Positions 33,769 through 44,400 of a stretch of DNA of 64,000 bases are shown here, piece after piece. Made by a program: the position numbers and the translations under genes. A model generated the notes under the pieces. That model searched no databases. It had not been told where the DNA came from and saw only the letters and a list, made by a program, of their open reading frames with translations. Every line of letters begins with the position of its first letter. Position 1 is the first letter of the stretch. The stretch covers positions 154,291 to 218,290 of the forward strand of contig OZ245718.1 of assembly GCA_965227045.1 (NCBI GenBank), read 5' to 3'. Source of the DNA: Actinomycetes bacterium (GTDB taxonomy: Bacteria; Actinomycetota; Actinomycetes; S36-B12).

Positions 33769-35969
33769 GCACGTCTTTCCTCCGTACGCCCCTTGCGTCG
33801 TTGCTCGGAGGACGCACGGCGACAGCGCTGTCCAAGGGACTCGGACTGGTCACCGCCGAGGACCTGCTGCGGCACTATCCCCGCCGTTACGCCGAGCGCG
33901 GGGAGCTGACCGACCTCACGACCCTTGTCGAGGGCGAGCGCATCACCGTCCTCGCCGAGATCAGCGAGGTCACGGTAAGACCGATGCGCAACAGGCGCGG
34001 CACGATCCTGGAGGCGCTGATCTCCGACGGTCGCAGTTCCATGTCGGTCACCTTCTTCAACCAGAAGTGGAGGGAACGTGAGTTTCGGGCCGGCCGTCGC
34101 GGCCTGTTTGCCGGTCAGGTGTCGAGCTTTCGCGGCAAACGTCAACTCGCTCACCCCGAGTGCATCCTGTTCCCCGATGGCGTGCTCGACGATGCCGAGG
34201 CCGTCGCGGCCTTCGCAGGCGCACTGATCCCGATCTACCCAGCGACCGGTTCGGTGACCACGTGGCAGATCCAGTCCTCGATCGGCATCGTCCTGGACCA
34301 GATGGGCGACCTGCCGGACCCGATACCCGACGAGATCCTCGCCACTCGAGCCCTGTGCTCGCTGACCGAGGCGCTGCGGTTCAGGCATCAGCCCGCCACT
34401 CGCGAGGAGATCGCGGCCGCCGACGAGCGGCTGGTGTTCGAGGAGGCGTTCACGCTCCAGACCGTCCTCGCGCTGCGCCGCGCGGAAGTCCGCATGCTTC
34501 CTGCCACGCGTCGCGCGCCCACCACGAGTCCGCTGCTCAGCGCCTTCGATGCTCAGCTGCCCTTCGAGCTCACCAGCGGCCAGCAGGATGTCGGTGAGCA
34601 GATCGAGGGAGACCTTGCCCGTGACTACCCGATGCATCGACTGCTGCAGGGAGACGTCGGCAGCGGCAAGACGGTCGTCGCCCTCCGCGCGATGCTGAGG
34701 GTGGTGGACGCTGGTGGGCAGGCTGCGCTGCTCGCTCCGACGGAGGTCCTCGCGGTGCAGCATGCCCGGTCGATGCGCCAACTGCTCGGACCGCTGGCTA
34801 CACGCGGCCAGTTGGGCGGATCCGATCTCGGCACCCGCGTGGCGCTGCTGACCGGCTCGCAGAAGACGGCCGAACGGCGCAGTTCCCTGCTCGACATCGT
34901 CACGGGCGAGGCGGGCATCGTCGTCGGGACGCACGCCCTCATTCAGGAGAAGGTCGACTTCCATGACCTAGCCCTCGTCGTCGTCGACGAGCAGCACCGC
35001 TTCGGTGTCGAGCAGCGCGCCGCGCTCTCCGCAAAGTCACGCGACGGCTCGCGGCCGCACGTACTCGTGATGACGGCCACGCCTATTCCGCGCACCGTCG
35101 CTATGACCGCGTTCGGCGACGTCGACGTGTCGACGCTCACCGAGCTGCCGGCTGGCCGCGGCGACGTGTCGACCTTCGTGGTCGCGGCTCGCGACAACCC
35201 CCAGCACGGGTCTCGGGTCTGGAGTCGCGTCCGCGAGGAGGTGGCCAAGGGTCATCGGGTGTTCGTGGTGTGCCCGCGGATCGGTGACGAGACGTCGGGC
35301 GACGAGGTGGTGCGCGGCGAGGACGAGGCTGATGTGGCCTCCATGACCGGCGTCGTTCCGCTGGCCGCGAGTCTGAGCGAGAACGAGCTGGCGGGTCTTC
35401 GCGTCGGCATCATGCACGGGCGCCTCTCGGCGGAGGAGAAGGACGACGCGATGCGCCGCTTCTCCGGTCCCGAATCCGCGAGCACCATCGATGTGCTTGT
35501 CGCGACGACGGTCATTGAAGTCGGTGTCGACGTGCGCCGCGCAACCACGATGGTGGTGGCCGACGCGGACCGTTTCGGCATCTCGCAGCTGCATCAGCTG
35601 CGAGGGCGGATCGGGCGAGGGGACCTGCCGGGACTGTGCCTGCTGCTGACCGAATCTGAGGCCGGATCGCCGGCACGACGGCGGCTCGATGCGGTCGCTT
35701 CGACGACCGACGGGTTCGCGCTCTCGGCAGAGGACCTTCGGTTGCGGCGCGAGGGAAACGTGCTCGGCAGCGCGCAATCGGGTCGCGACAGTTCGCTGCG
35801 GCTGCTTCAGGTCACCAACCCCGAGCACGCCGGGATCATCGCCGAGGCACGCGGGCTGGCCCAGGCCGTGGTGGAGTCCGACCAGACGCTGTCCGGCTAT
35901 CCGGCACTCGCCGACGCCGTGGCCGTCCTGCGTGAGCACGAGCAGGCGCAGTTCCTGGAGAAGGCGTGA
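33765..35969 (+). CDS. recG: ATP-dependent DNA helicase RecG
   Basis: QGDVGSGKT, APTEVLA, DEQHRFG, MTATPIPRT, QLHQLRGRIGR. Confidence 0.97.
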   Translation: MSTSFLRTPLASLLGGRTATALSKGLGLVTAEDLLRHYPRRYAERGELTDLTTLVEGERITVLAEISEVTVRPMRNRRGTILEALISDGRSSMSVTFFNQKWREREFRAGRRGLFAGQVSSFRGKRQLAHPECILFPDGVLDDAEAVAAFAGALIPIYPATGSVTTWQIQSSIGIVLDQMGDLPDPIPDEILATRALCSLTEALRFRHQPATREEIAAADERLVFEEAFTLQTVLALRRAEVRMLPATRRAPTTSPLLSAFDAQLPFELTSGQQDVGEQIEGDLARDYPMHRLLQGDVGSGKTVVALRAMLRVVDAGGQAALLAPTEVLAVQHARSMRQLLGPLATRGQLGGSDLGTRVALLTGSQKTAERRSSLLDIVTGEAGIVVGTHALIQEKVDFHDLALVVVDEQHRFGVEQRAALSAKSRDGSRPHVLVMTATPIPRTVAMTAFGDVDVSTLTELPAGRGDVSTFVVAARDNPQHGSRVWSRVREEVAKGHRVFVVCPRIGDETSGDEVVRGEDEADVASMTGVVPLAASLSENELAGLRVGIMHGRLSAEEKDDAMRRFSGPESASTIDVLVATTVIEVGVDVRRATTMVVADADRFGISQLHQLRGRIGRGDLPGLCLLLTESEAGSPARRRLDAVASTTDGFALSAEDLRLRREGNVLGSAQSGRDSSLRLLQVTNPEHAGIIAEARGLAQAVVESDQTLSGYPALADAVAVLREHEQAQFLEKA

Positions 35970-36568
35970 CCCGCATCATCGCCGGCACCGCGCGCGGCCG
36001 ACGGCTGGCTGTTCCCGCCACTGGCACGCGTCCGACGACCGATCGGGTCCGCGAGGCGCTGTTCTCCGCGCTGGACAGCGAACTTGCGGCGAGTGGCCGC
36101 ACCTGGCCCGAGATTCGGGTCCTCGACCTGTTCGCCGGGACGGGCGCCCTGGGACTGGAGTCGCTGAGCCGAGGCGCCGCGAGCGCCATCCTCGTGGAGA
36201 AGTCGCGCACTGCTGCGAGCGTCCTTGCCGCCAATGTCGCTGCCGTCGGCGCGGATGGCGCACAGGTGGTCGTCAGGGATGCATGGCAGGTCGCGAGCCT
36301 GCCCGTCGTCGATGGCGGTGTCGACCTGTGCTTCGTCGACCCACCGTACGAGTGGCCGGCCGACGATGTCCGCGACCTGCTGACCGGCCTGGTCGACGCG
36401 GGGTGGCTGGCAGAAGGTGCCCTCGTCGTCGTCGAGCGCGACGCGAAGGAGCGCAAGATCCCGATTCCCGCGTCGTGGCCCGAGCCACGACGGCGCCCCT
36501 ATGGCGATACGGTCCTTTGGTACGGTCAGGCGACGCTGGCCGCCGACGGCACGGAGGACTTTTCATGA
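35966..36568 (+). CDS. rsmD: 16S rRNA m2G966 methyltransferase
   Basis: RPTTDRVREALF, LDLFAGTGALG, DPPY, YGDT. Confidence 0.93.
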   Translation: MTRIIAGTARGRRLAVPATGTRPTTDRVREALFSALDSELAASGRTWPEIRVLDLFAGTGALGLESLSRGAASAILVEKSRTAASVLAANVAAVGADGAQVVVRDAWQVASLPVVDGGVDLCFVDPPYEWPADDVRDLLTGLVDAGWLAEGALVVVERDAKERKIPIPASWPEPRRRPYGDTVLWYGQATLAADGTEDFS

Positions 36569-37059
36569 GGACTGCGGTCTGTCCCGGCTCCTTCGATCCG
36601 TGCACGAACGGGCACGTCGACGTCTTCGCGCGAGCCGCAGAACTCGCCGACGAGGTGGTCGTCGCGGTGCTCATCAACCAGACGAAGTCGAGCCTGTTCA
36701 CGGTGGACGAGCGGATCGACCTGCTTCGCGAAGTCGTCGCGCCGTTCCCGAACGTGCGGGTCGATTCCTTCCACGGACTGCTCGTCGACTACTGCCGGGC
36801 GCACTCCATCAAGGCCATCGTCAAGGGACTGCGGGCGGTCAGCGACTTCGACTACGAACTGCAGATGGCGCAGATGAACTACCGCCTGGCGAACGTCGAG
36901 ACCCTCTTCATCTCGACCAACCCGCTCTACAGTTTCCTGTCGTCGAGCCTGGTCAAGGAGATCGCCAAGTACGGGGGAGATGTGACCGGACTGGTTCCTG
37001 AGGCCGTGTTGGTCCGGCTCCAGGAGAAACTGTCCGACACAATGGGAGCGCAGAAGTAG
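36565..37059 (+). CDS. coaD: Phosphopantetheine adenylyltransferase
   Basis: CPGSFDPCTNGH, KGLRAVSDFDYE, SSSLVKE. Confidence 0.97.
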   Translation: MRTAVCPGSFDPCTNGHVDVFARAAELADEVVVAVLINQTKSSLFTVDERIDLLREVVAPFPNVRVDSFHGLLVDYCRAHSIKAIVKGLRAVSDFDYELQMAQMNYRLANVETLFISTNPLYSFLSSSLVKEIAKYGGDVTGLVPEAVLVRLQEKLSDTMGAQK

Positions 37060-37095
37060 CCGCCCCTTCGGCTATCGCGGACCAAGGAGCATCTC

Positions 37096-37629
37096 GTGGA
37101 CGTTCAGGAACGACTCGACGAACTAGCAGTCCTCGTTGAGGACGCGAAGTCCATGCCGCTGTCCGCATCGTGCCTGGTCAATCGCTCACAGGTGCTCGAC
37201 CTGATCGACGAGATCCGCCAACTGCTGCCCGAGTCCGTCCACCGTGCCGACGAACTGCTCGCCGACCGCGAGGCGGTCGTCCAGGACGGACGCCGCGAGG
37301 CCGACCGCATCCTTGAGCGCGCACGGGCCGAGTCCGACCGCCTGGTATCCGAGCACGAGGTCTATCTCGCTGCGGTCGACGAGGCCAACGCCGTCACGGG
37401 CCATGCCGCGCAGGAGACGGCGCTCATGCGCAAGGAGACTGACGACTACATCGATGCCAAGCTGGCGACCTTCGAGATCACGCTGCAGAAGACCTTGCAG
37501 ACCGTCGATCGCGGACGCGAGCGCCTGCGCAGCCAGATGTACCAGGAGCTCGCCCCGGTGACCGACCAGCCCTATGACGATGCCGACACGGGCTTCATCG
37601 ACATGAACAGGCCCGACGACCGCCGATAG
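37096..37629 (+). CDS. Coiled-coil protein (SepIVA/DivIVA-like)
   Basis: VEDAKSMPLSASC...DDYIDAKLATFE...GRERL; conserved position between coaD and yceD. Confidence 0.75.
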   Translation: MDVQERLDELAVLVEDAKSMPLSASCLVNRSQVLDLIDEIRQLLPESVHRADELLADREAVVQDGRREADRILERARAESDRLVSEHEVYLAAVDEANAVTGHAAQETALMRKETDDYIDAKLATFEITLQKTLQTVDRGRERLRSQMYQELAPVTDQPYDDADTGFIDMNRPDDRR

Positions 37630-37732
37630 CCATCCGGCCGGGGGATTTCCCGCTTTCGCGGACCCTCCGGTAACCTTTCCGCGAGGCCTCTAGCGAGGCC
37701 ACGGTTAGCCGTGCCGAAAGTGGAGGGTCCCA

Positions 37733-38299
37733 GTGACCGGCCTCGACCCGCGACATCCGCTCGTTCTTGACGTGCGGGATCTGCCGCGCACCCCGGGGTC
37801 GATGGTCACCGTGACCGTCGACGTTCCGGCCCCGGCTGACCTTGGCGTCGCGATGGCTCGGGTGCCCGAGGGTTCGCCAGTCGATCTGGATCTGCGACTG
37901 GAGTCCGTTCTCGAGGGTGTCCTGGTGTCCGGATCGGCGGACCTCGAGGTGACCGCGGAATGCTCGCGCTGCCTCGAGCCGTTCGAATGGCAGCAGGAGA
38001 TCGACCTCACCGAGTTGTTCCGCTATCCCACGACCAACGCCCGCGGCGTGGTCGTGGAGGACGAGGATGAGGCCTTCGATCCGCTTCCGGTAGTCAAGGA
38101 CGACACCGTCGACCTTGAGCCGGTGCTGCGGGACGCAGTGGTGCTCGACCTGCCACTCGCCCCGTTGTGCAGCGAGGACTGCCTGGGGTTGTGCTCCGTG
38201 TGTGGAGTGCGACTCGAGGACAACCCGCAGCACGCGCACGAACAGACCGACCCGCGGTGGGCGGCCCTCGCGGCCCTCACCGAGCCCGACGTTCGCTAG
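37733..38299 (+). CDS. YceD/DUF177 protein
   Basis: CSRCL, PLCSEDCLGLCSVCG, DPRWAAL; directly upstream of rpmF. Confidence 0.92.
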   Translation: MTGLDPRHPLVLDVRDLPRTPGSMVTVTVDVPAPADLGVAMARVPEGSPVDLDLRLESVLEGVLVSGSADLEVTAECSRCLEPFEWQQEIDLTELFRYPTTNARGVVVEDEDEAFDPLPVVKDDTVDLEPVLRDAVVLDLPLAPLCSEDCLGLCSVCGVRLEDNPQHAHEQTDPRWAALAALTEPDVR

Positions 38300-38353
38300 G
38301 CACCACCGCACAACTGCTGTAACCGAGAGCCAGAACCGACCAAAGGAAGCACC

Positions 38354-38527
38354 GTGCCAGTTCCCAAGCGGAAGATGTCCCGCTCCAACACCCGTCATCG
38401 CCGCGCGCAGTGGAAGACCACGTTGCCGAACCTCGTCACCTGCGTGCGATGCAAGGAGAAGCGCCTGGCGCACACTGCGTGCCCCACGTGCGGCACCTAC
38501 GCCAAGCGTCGCGTTCTTGACGTCTGA
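38354..38527 (+). CDS. rpmF: 50S ribosomal protein L32 (57 aa; not in the ORF track)
   Basis: Manual translation MPVPKRKMSRSNTRHRRAQWK...CVRC...HTACPTCGTY; SD AAGGA. Confidence 0.96.
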   Translation: MPVPKRKMSRSNTRHRRAQWKTTLPNLVTCVRCKEKRLAHTACPTCGTYAKRRVLDV

Positions 38528-38565
38528 GGCGTCAGTTCGCCTCAGGAATCTGGACGGCTGACACC

Positions 38566-39555
38566 TTGGCAACCGTCGCCCTAGACCTCCTCGGCGGCGA
38601 TGGTGCGCCAGGAGTCGTTGCCGACGCCATCGCCAGGCTGTGCGATCCGGCCGACGCCGAGGCCGTCGACCTCATCGTCGTCGGGCCCGCCCAGGTTGCT
38701 CGTGACCTGCTCACCGAACGCGGCGTCAACCTCGACTCCGTGCGCATTGTCGACGCCGGCCGCGGCGCGTCGATGTCGGGCAATCCGCTGTCCATCCTTC
38801 GGGCTCACGACGATGTCACCGTGACGGTCGCCGTCGGCCTGGTCAATGCCGGACTGGCCGATGCCTGGGTCTCGGTGGGTCACACCGGCGCGGCCGTAGC
38901 CGCCGCGGTCCTGGGGCTTGGCCGACTGCGGGGCATGTCCCGCCCGGCCCTCGCGGTCGTGCTGCCCTCCCTCGCCGGACCTGTGGTCCTCGTCGACGCG
39001 GGGGCTGCGCCCGACGCCACCCCCGACGTGCTTCGCCAGTTCGCGCTGGCCGGGTGGGCATACGCGAAGTCGCTCGGCGTCGACGATCCGGGCATCGGGC
39101 TGATCAGCATCGGCAGCGAGGACGGCAAGGGCGATCGCATGCGCAAGTCCACGCATGACCTGCTCTCGGAATCACTTCCCAAGCTCGGCCTGCGCTATGT
39201 CGGCGCGGTCGAGGGACACGACGTTGCTCTCGGGACGACCGCCCAGGTCTTCGTCACGGACGGCTTCACCGGCAACGTCCTCCTCAAGGGCATCGAAGGC
39301 GCAGTTCTGTGGTCGGCCCATCGCATGGGCGAGGCCTACGGCGATCCCGAGCCCGCCAGGCGGGTCATCCGCGAGTCCGTCACCGGCGACTTCGCCGGCG
39401 GGATGCTGCTCGGCGTCAACGGGGTGACGGTCGTCGGCCACGGCGCCGGCACGGCCGAGGAGATCTGCGCATGCGTCCGCCTCGCGGACCGAGCGGTTCG
39501 AACCAGCCTGGTCGACTCGACCCAGCGCGCGCTGTCGTCCTTGACGGCGCGATGA
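38566..39555 (+). CDS. plsX: Phosphate acyltransferase PlsX (divergent)
   Basis: ALDLLGGD, SVGHTGA, RPAL, DAGA, IGSEDGKG, TDGFTGNVLLK..EG, LLGVNG...GHG; follows rpmF. Confidence 0.85.
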   Translation: MATVALDLLGGDGAPGVVADAIARLCDPADAEAVDLIVVGPAQVARDLLTERGVNLDSVRIVDAGRGASMSGNPLSILRAHDDVTVTVAVGLVNAGLADAWVSVGHTGAAVAAAVLGLGRLRGMSRPALAVVLPSLAGPVVLVDAGAAPDATPDVLRQFALAGWAYAKSLGVDDPGIGLISIGSEDGKGDRMRKSTHDLLSESLPKLGLRYVGAVEGHDVALGTTAQVFVTDGFTGNVLLKGIEGAVLWSAHRMGEAYGDPEPARRVIRESVTGDFAGGMLLGVNGVTVVGHGAGTAEEICACVRLADRAVRTSLVDSTQRALSSLTAR

Positions 39556-39824
39556 GCGCCGACCGAAGCGTGGCCGCGGCACTGGCCGAGCGCGGGCTCG
39601 CCGCCGTCGTCGGCGAGGACATCGTCGCCACGCTGCGCGAGGACTCGCCGCTTGAGGGCATCGGGCTGACCGACGCAGATCTCGTGTGCGTCAGCGACGC
39701 GATCGCTTCGGCTGCCGCCACACGAGGCCAGGACTGCGTCCTGACGGACGGCGACGTCGTGGGGCTGGTGACTGTCGCAGACCTGGTCACGGCTATTGCG
39801 GCGCGGGCGCAGGCATCCACGTGA
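39552..39824 (+). CDS. Acyl-carrier-protein-like protein (90 aa) lacking the DSL serine
   Basis: ATGA overlap with plsX and GTGA overlap with rnc; [18 protein letters not shown]...TVADLVTAI resembles an ACP. Confidence 0.65.
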   Translation: MSADRSVAAALAERGLAAVVGEDIVATLREDSPLEGIGLTDADLVCVSDAIASAAATRGQDCVLTDGDVVGLVTVADLVTAIAARAQAST

Positions 39825-40519
39825 GCCCCGACCGCTCCGACCTGCTCGCCAGCCTCGGCGTCGAGATCGACCCGGAGCTGCTCGAACTCGCCCTCATGCA
39901 CCGCTCGTACGCGTATGAGAACGGCGGGCTGCCGACCAACGAGCGGCTGGAATTCCTCGGTGATGCGGTGCTCGGCATCGTCGTCACCGAGACCCTCTAC
40001 CGCCGCTACCCGGACTGGAGTGAGGGGCAGCTCGCGAAGCTGCGCGCGGCCGTGGTCAACGCGAGCGCTCTCGCCGAGGTCGCCAGAACCCTCGGGCTCG
40101 GCGATTACGTCTACCTGGGTCGAGGTGAGGAGACGACGGGTGGTCGCGACAAGTCGTCGATCCTCGCCGACACGACCGAGGCACTTTTCGGCGCCGTGTT
40201 CCTCACGTCGGGAATCGAGTCAGCAGCCACCGTGATCCACCTGCTGTTCGACCCGATGATCGACAGCGCCGCCGAACTGGGCGCCGGACTGGACTGGAAG
40301 ACGTCATTGCAGGAGATCGCCGCTTCTGCGGGCCTGGGACTGCCGGAATACCGAGTGTCCGACGTCGGTCCTGACCATGCCAAGGAGTTCTTCGCCGAGG
40401 CATACGTCGGCGGCAGCGTGCTGGGCACCGGCACCGGGCGATCGAAGAAGGTAGCCGAGCAGGAAGCCGCGGCCGCCGCCTATGGACGCATTCGCGCCGA
40501 GCACCCCGACGCCGGCTGA
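39821..40519 (+). CDS. rnc: Ribonuclease III
   Basis: [41 protein letters not shown]. Confidence 0.97.
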   Translation: MSPDRSDLLASLGVEIDPELLELALMHRSYAYENGGLPTNERLEFLGDAVLGIVVTETLYRRYPDWSEGQLAKLRAAVVNASALAEVARTLGLGDYVYLGRGEETTGGRDKSSILADTTEALFGAVFLTSGIESAATVIHLLFDPMIDSAAELGAGLDWKTSLQEIAASAGLGLPEYRVSDVGPDHAKEFFAEAYVGGSVLGTGTGRSKKVAEQEAAAAAYGRIRAEHPDAG

Positions 40520-40526
40520 GCGCAGC

Positions 40527-41420
40527 GTGCCCGAGCTTCCCGAGGTCGAGGTGGTGCGGCGTGGTCTCGCCGACCATGTCACCGGCCGGACGATCGCCGC
40601 GGTCGAGGTGCTGCATGAGCGGGCCGTGCGCAGGCACGATGCCGGCTCGGAGGACTTCGCACGCAGGCTGGTCGGCCGGACGATCGCGGCCGCGAGCCGT
40701 CGCGGCAAGTACCTGTGGCTGCCGATGCGCGAGGAGGACGATCCCGCCGACATCGCCCTTGTGGGACATCTGGGGATGAGCGGTCAGCTGCTCATTGAGG
40801 AGGCGGCCGCCCCCGATGAGACCCACCTGCGGGTGCGGATCGCGTTCGACGATGCAGGCGCCCAGTTGCGCTTCGTCGACCAGCGCACGTTCGGCGGGCT
40901 CGCGATCGCCGACCTGGTCGACGACGGTGCCGGCGGGCACGTGCCGAGCCCCGTGGCGCACATCGCCCGCGACCCACTCGATCCGCTGTTCGACGAGCCG
41001 GCCGTGATCGGTCGCATGCGATCACGCACGTCGGAGATCAAGCGGGTCCTGCTCGACCAGAGCGTGATCTCGGGCGTCGGCAACATCTACGCGGACGAGG
41101 CGCTCTGGCGGACGTCGATCAATGGACTGCGACCGGCCGACCGGCTGACGACGGCCCAGACGAGGGCGCTGATCGACGCTGCGAGGACGGTCATGGCCGA
41201 GGCACTGGCCCAGGGCGGGACGAGTTTCGATGCCCTGTACGTGAACGTAAACGGACAAAGCGGGTACTTCGACCGCAGCCTGGCCGCCTACGGACAGGAG
41301 GGCCTGCCCTGTCCGCGCTGCGGGACGGCCATCCGCAGGGTGGCCTTCATGAACAGGAGCTCGTACTTCTGTCCCCAGTGCCAGCGCGCCCCCCGCCGCA
41401 GCCCAACCCGTGAAAGGTAG
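40527..41420 (+). CDS. mutM: Formamidopyrimidine-DNA glycosylase
   Basis: [28 protein letters not shown], zinc finger CPRC...CPQCQ. Confidence 0.97.
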   Translation: MPELPEVEVVRRGLADHVTGRTIAAVEVLHERAVRRHDAGSEDFARRLVGRTIAAASRRGKYLWLPMREEDDPADIALVGHLGMSGQLLIEEAAAPDETHLRVRIAFDDAGAQLRFVDQRTFGGLAIADLVDDGAGGHVPSPVAHIARDPLDPLFDEPAVIGRMRSRTSEIKRVLLDQSVISGVGNIYADEALWRTSINGLRPADRLTTAQTRALIDAARTVMAEALAQGGTSFDALYVNVNGQSGYFDRSLAAYGQEGLPCPRCGTAIRRVAFMNRSSYFCPQCQRAPRRSPTRER

Positions 41421-41429
41421 AGTCCGGGC

Positions 41430-44400
41430 GTGCATTTGAAGAGCTTGACGCTAAAGGGATTCAAGTCCTTCGCGTCGACCACCACGCTGCACTTCGAGCC
41501 CGGCGTCACGTGCGTCGTGGGGCCGAATGGCTCGGGAAAGTCCAATGTCGTCGACGCCCTCGCCTGGGTCATGGGCGAGCAGGGGGCCAAGTCCCTTCGC
41601 GGCGGCAAGATGGAAGACGTCATCTTTTCCGGTACCGCTGGTCGCGCCCCGCTCGGCCGCGCGGAGGTCTCGCTGACCATCGACAACTCCGACGGTGCCC
41701 TGCCCATCGAGTACACCGAGGTCACGGTCTCGCGCACGCTGTTCCGCAACGGCGGATCCGAGTACGCGATCAACGGCCAGCCCTGCCGGCTGCTCGACGT
41801 CCAGGAACTGCTCAGCGACTCGGGCATCGGCCGGGAGATGCATGTCATCGTCGGCCAGGGCCAGCTCGACACGATCCTGCAGGCGACCCCGGAGGATCGG
41901 CGCGGCTTCATCGAGGAGGCGGCCGGAGTCCTCAAGCATCGCAAGCGCAAGGAGAAGGCCCTACGCAAGCTCGACTCGATGCAGGCCAATCTCACTCGGC
42001 TGCAGGACCTGACGGGCGAACTGCGCCGCCAGCTCAAGCCGCTCGGTCGCCAGGCCGAGGTGGCTCGCCGCGCCGTCGTCATCCAGTCGGAGGTTCGCGA
42101 CGCGCGGCTTCGGCTCATGGCCGACGACCTCCTCGCACTGCGAGCCGCGTTCGAGGCCGAGGTCGCTGACGAGACCGCACTGCGTGAGCGTCGGGCGACT
42201 GTCGATGCCGAACTGGCGATCCTCCTCCAGCAGGAGACCGAGGCGGAGGAGCAGGCGGCACTCGACGCACCGCGACTGGCCGCCGCGCAGGAGACCTGGT
42301 TCGCACTCAGTGGCCTGCGCGAGCGGTTCCACGGCCTGGTGCAGTTGTCCGCGGAGCGGGTTCGGCACCTGCAGCCGGAGCCCGAGGTCGAGGGATCCGG
42401 GCGCGATCCCGAGCAGATCGAGCTCGAGGCACGAACTCTTCGTACCGAGGAGTTCGAACTCGGCCGCGAGGTCGAACAGCGCCGCGACGCCCAGTCGGAG
42501 GCCGAGACACTCCGCCTCGCAGCCGAGCAGGCAGCAGCGGCCGAGGAGCGCCGGGTCGCCGAGGTGGAGAGGGCTGCCGCGGATCGACGCGAGGGCCTGG
42601 CACGGCTGTCCGGCCAGGTGAACGCGGCCCGTTCTCGCATGGAGGCTCGCAGCAACGAGATCGAGCGGCTGACCGCGCAGATCCTCGAGGCACGTCAGCG
42701 CGGAGAGGCGGCACAGCGCGAGTTCCAGCGCATCGAGGTCGATGTCGCAGGCCTTGACGCCGGCGAGCACAGCCTCGATGCCGATCACGAGACCGCTGAG
42801 GCCGAGATGATCGCGGCCGACGCCGCGGTCGAGGCCCTGCGCGCCCGCGAGGCCGCCGCGGAGCGCGAGCGCGCTGCGCTCAGCGCGCGCGCCGAAGCAC
42901 TGTCCATCGGACTGCGCCGCAAGGACGCGGGCGCCCGACTGCTGGACCCGCAGGTCCCGGGCGTGCTCGGAACGCTCGCGAGCCTGCTGCACGTCGAGCC
43001 GGGGGCGCAGACCGCAGTCGCCGCGGCGCTCGGCGATGTCGCCGACGCTGTTGTCGTCACCAGCATGGACGCCGCGATGCGAGCCATCGTGCTGCTGAAG
43101 GACGAGGACGCCGGTCGCGCCGCAATCGTCATCGCGGACGCGGAGCGACCCCGCGCCGACCGTCCGCACGTTCGCGAGGCCGGTCGACCGCTCGTCGAGT
43201 TCGTCACGTGCGATGAGTCGCTGCAGCCGGTTGTCGATCACCTGCTCGAGCGCTGGGCGCTGGCCGACGACCTCACCACCGCGCAGGCCATGCAGGCGCT
43301 GCACCCGAGCCTGTCGTTCGTGACTCCGGCGGGCGATGTGCTCGCAAGCGGCGTCGTCCACGGCGGGTCGGCAAGCGCGCCGAGTCTCCTCGAGGTGCAG
43401 GCCGCGTACGACGACGCGACGGCGCAGCTTGAGTTGCTGGTGCACGAGCTGGATCGACTGCGGTTCGACATGGCCGCCGCGCGCAGCCGCCAGGAGCAGG
43501 CGGCGTCCGCAGTGGAGTCGGCGCTGTCGCGACTGCATGAGTCCGACGCGCGCCTCGCAGCCGTCGCGGAGCAGTTGGGCCAGTTGGGCCAGGTGGCCCG
43601 GGCGGCCGGAGCGGAGGCGGATCGCCTGACGGCGGCCCGAGTCGCAGCCGAGACGGCGCTGGCCAGCGACGGCGAGAACCTTGATCAGCTGCAGTCGCGG
43701 CTCGACGCCGCGCAGGTGGAACCCGATGAGCAGCCCAACAGCGATGCCCGGGCAGACCTCGCAGCCGCTGCGGCAGCGGCGCGCCGGGCGGAGGTCGACG
43801 CGCGCCTCGCCCTGCGCACGGCCGAGGAGCGGGTCGGCGCGGTCGCCGAGCGGGCCCAGCAGTTGGAGCGCACTGCGGCCAGCGAGCGGCAGGCTCGCAT
43901 CGCCGCTCGCGAACGTCGCGAGCAGCGCGCCCGCGAACTCGTTGTGGCGCAGGCGGTTCATGCCGGCGCCCGCGTGGCGTTGAGCCGTATCGAGGTGTCT
44001 GTGGCCGCGGCCGGCCGTGCCCGCACCGTCGTCGAGCGCGCGACCCGCGACCGCGATGCGCAGCTTCAGAAGGTACGTACGGCTCGACGCGAACTCGGCG
44101 CGGAGTCCGATCTGCTGAAGGACTCCGTACACCGAGACGAGGTTGCACGCGCCGAGCAGCGGATGCGCATCGAGCAGGTCGAGGACAAGGTGCTCGAGGA
44201 CTTCGGCGTCGAGTCGGCGGTTTTGCTCGCGGAGTACGGACCCGATCAGCTCGTGCCCCCCACGCCGCCGTCGCCCGGCGACGAGCCGCCCGCGGAGGAG
44301 CCCGTCGCGTACCCGTTTGTTCGCGCCGAGCAGGAGAAGCGGCTCAAGGCGGCCGAGCGCGACCTCGCGCTCCTGGGCCGGGTCAACCCGCTCGCGCTCG

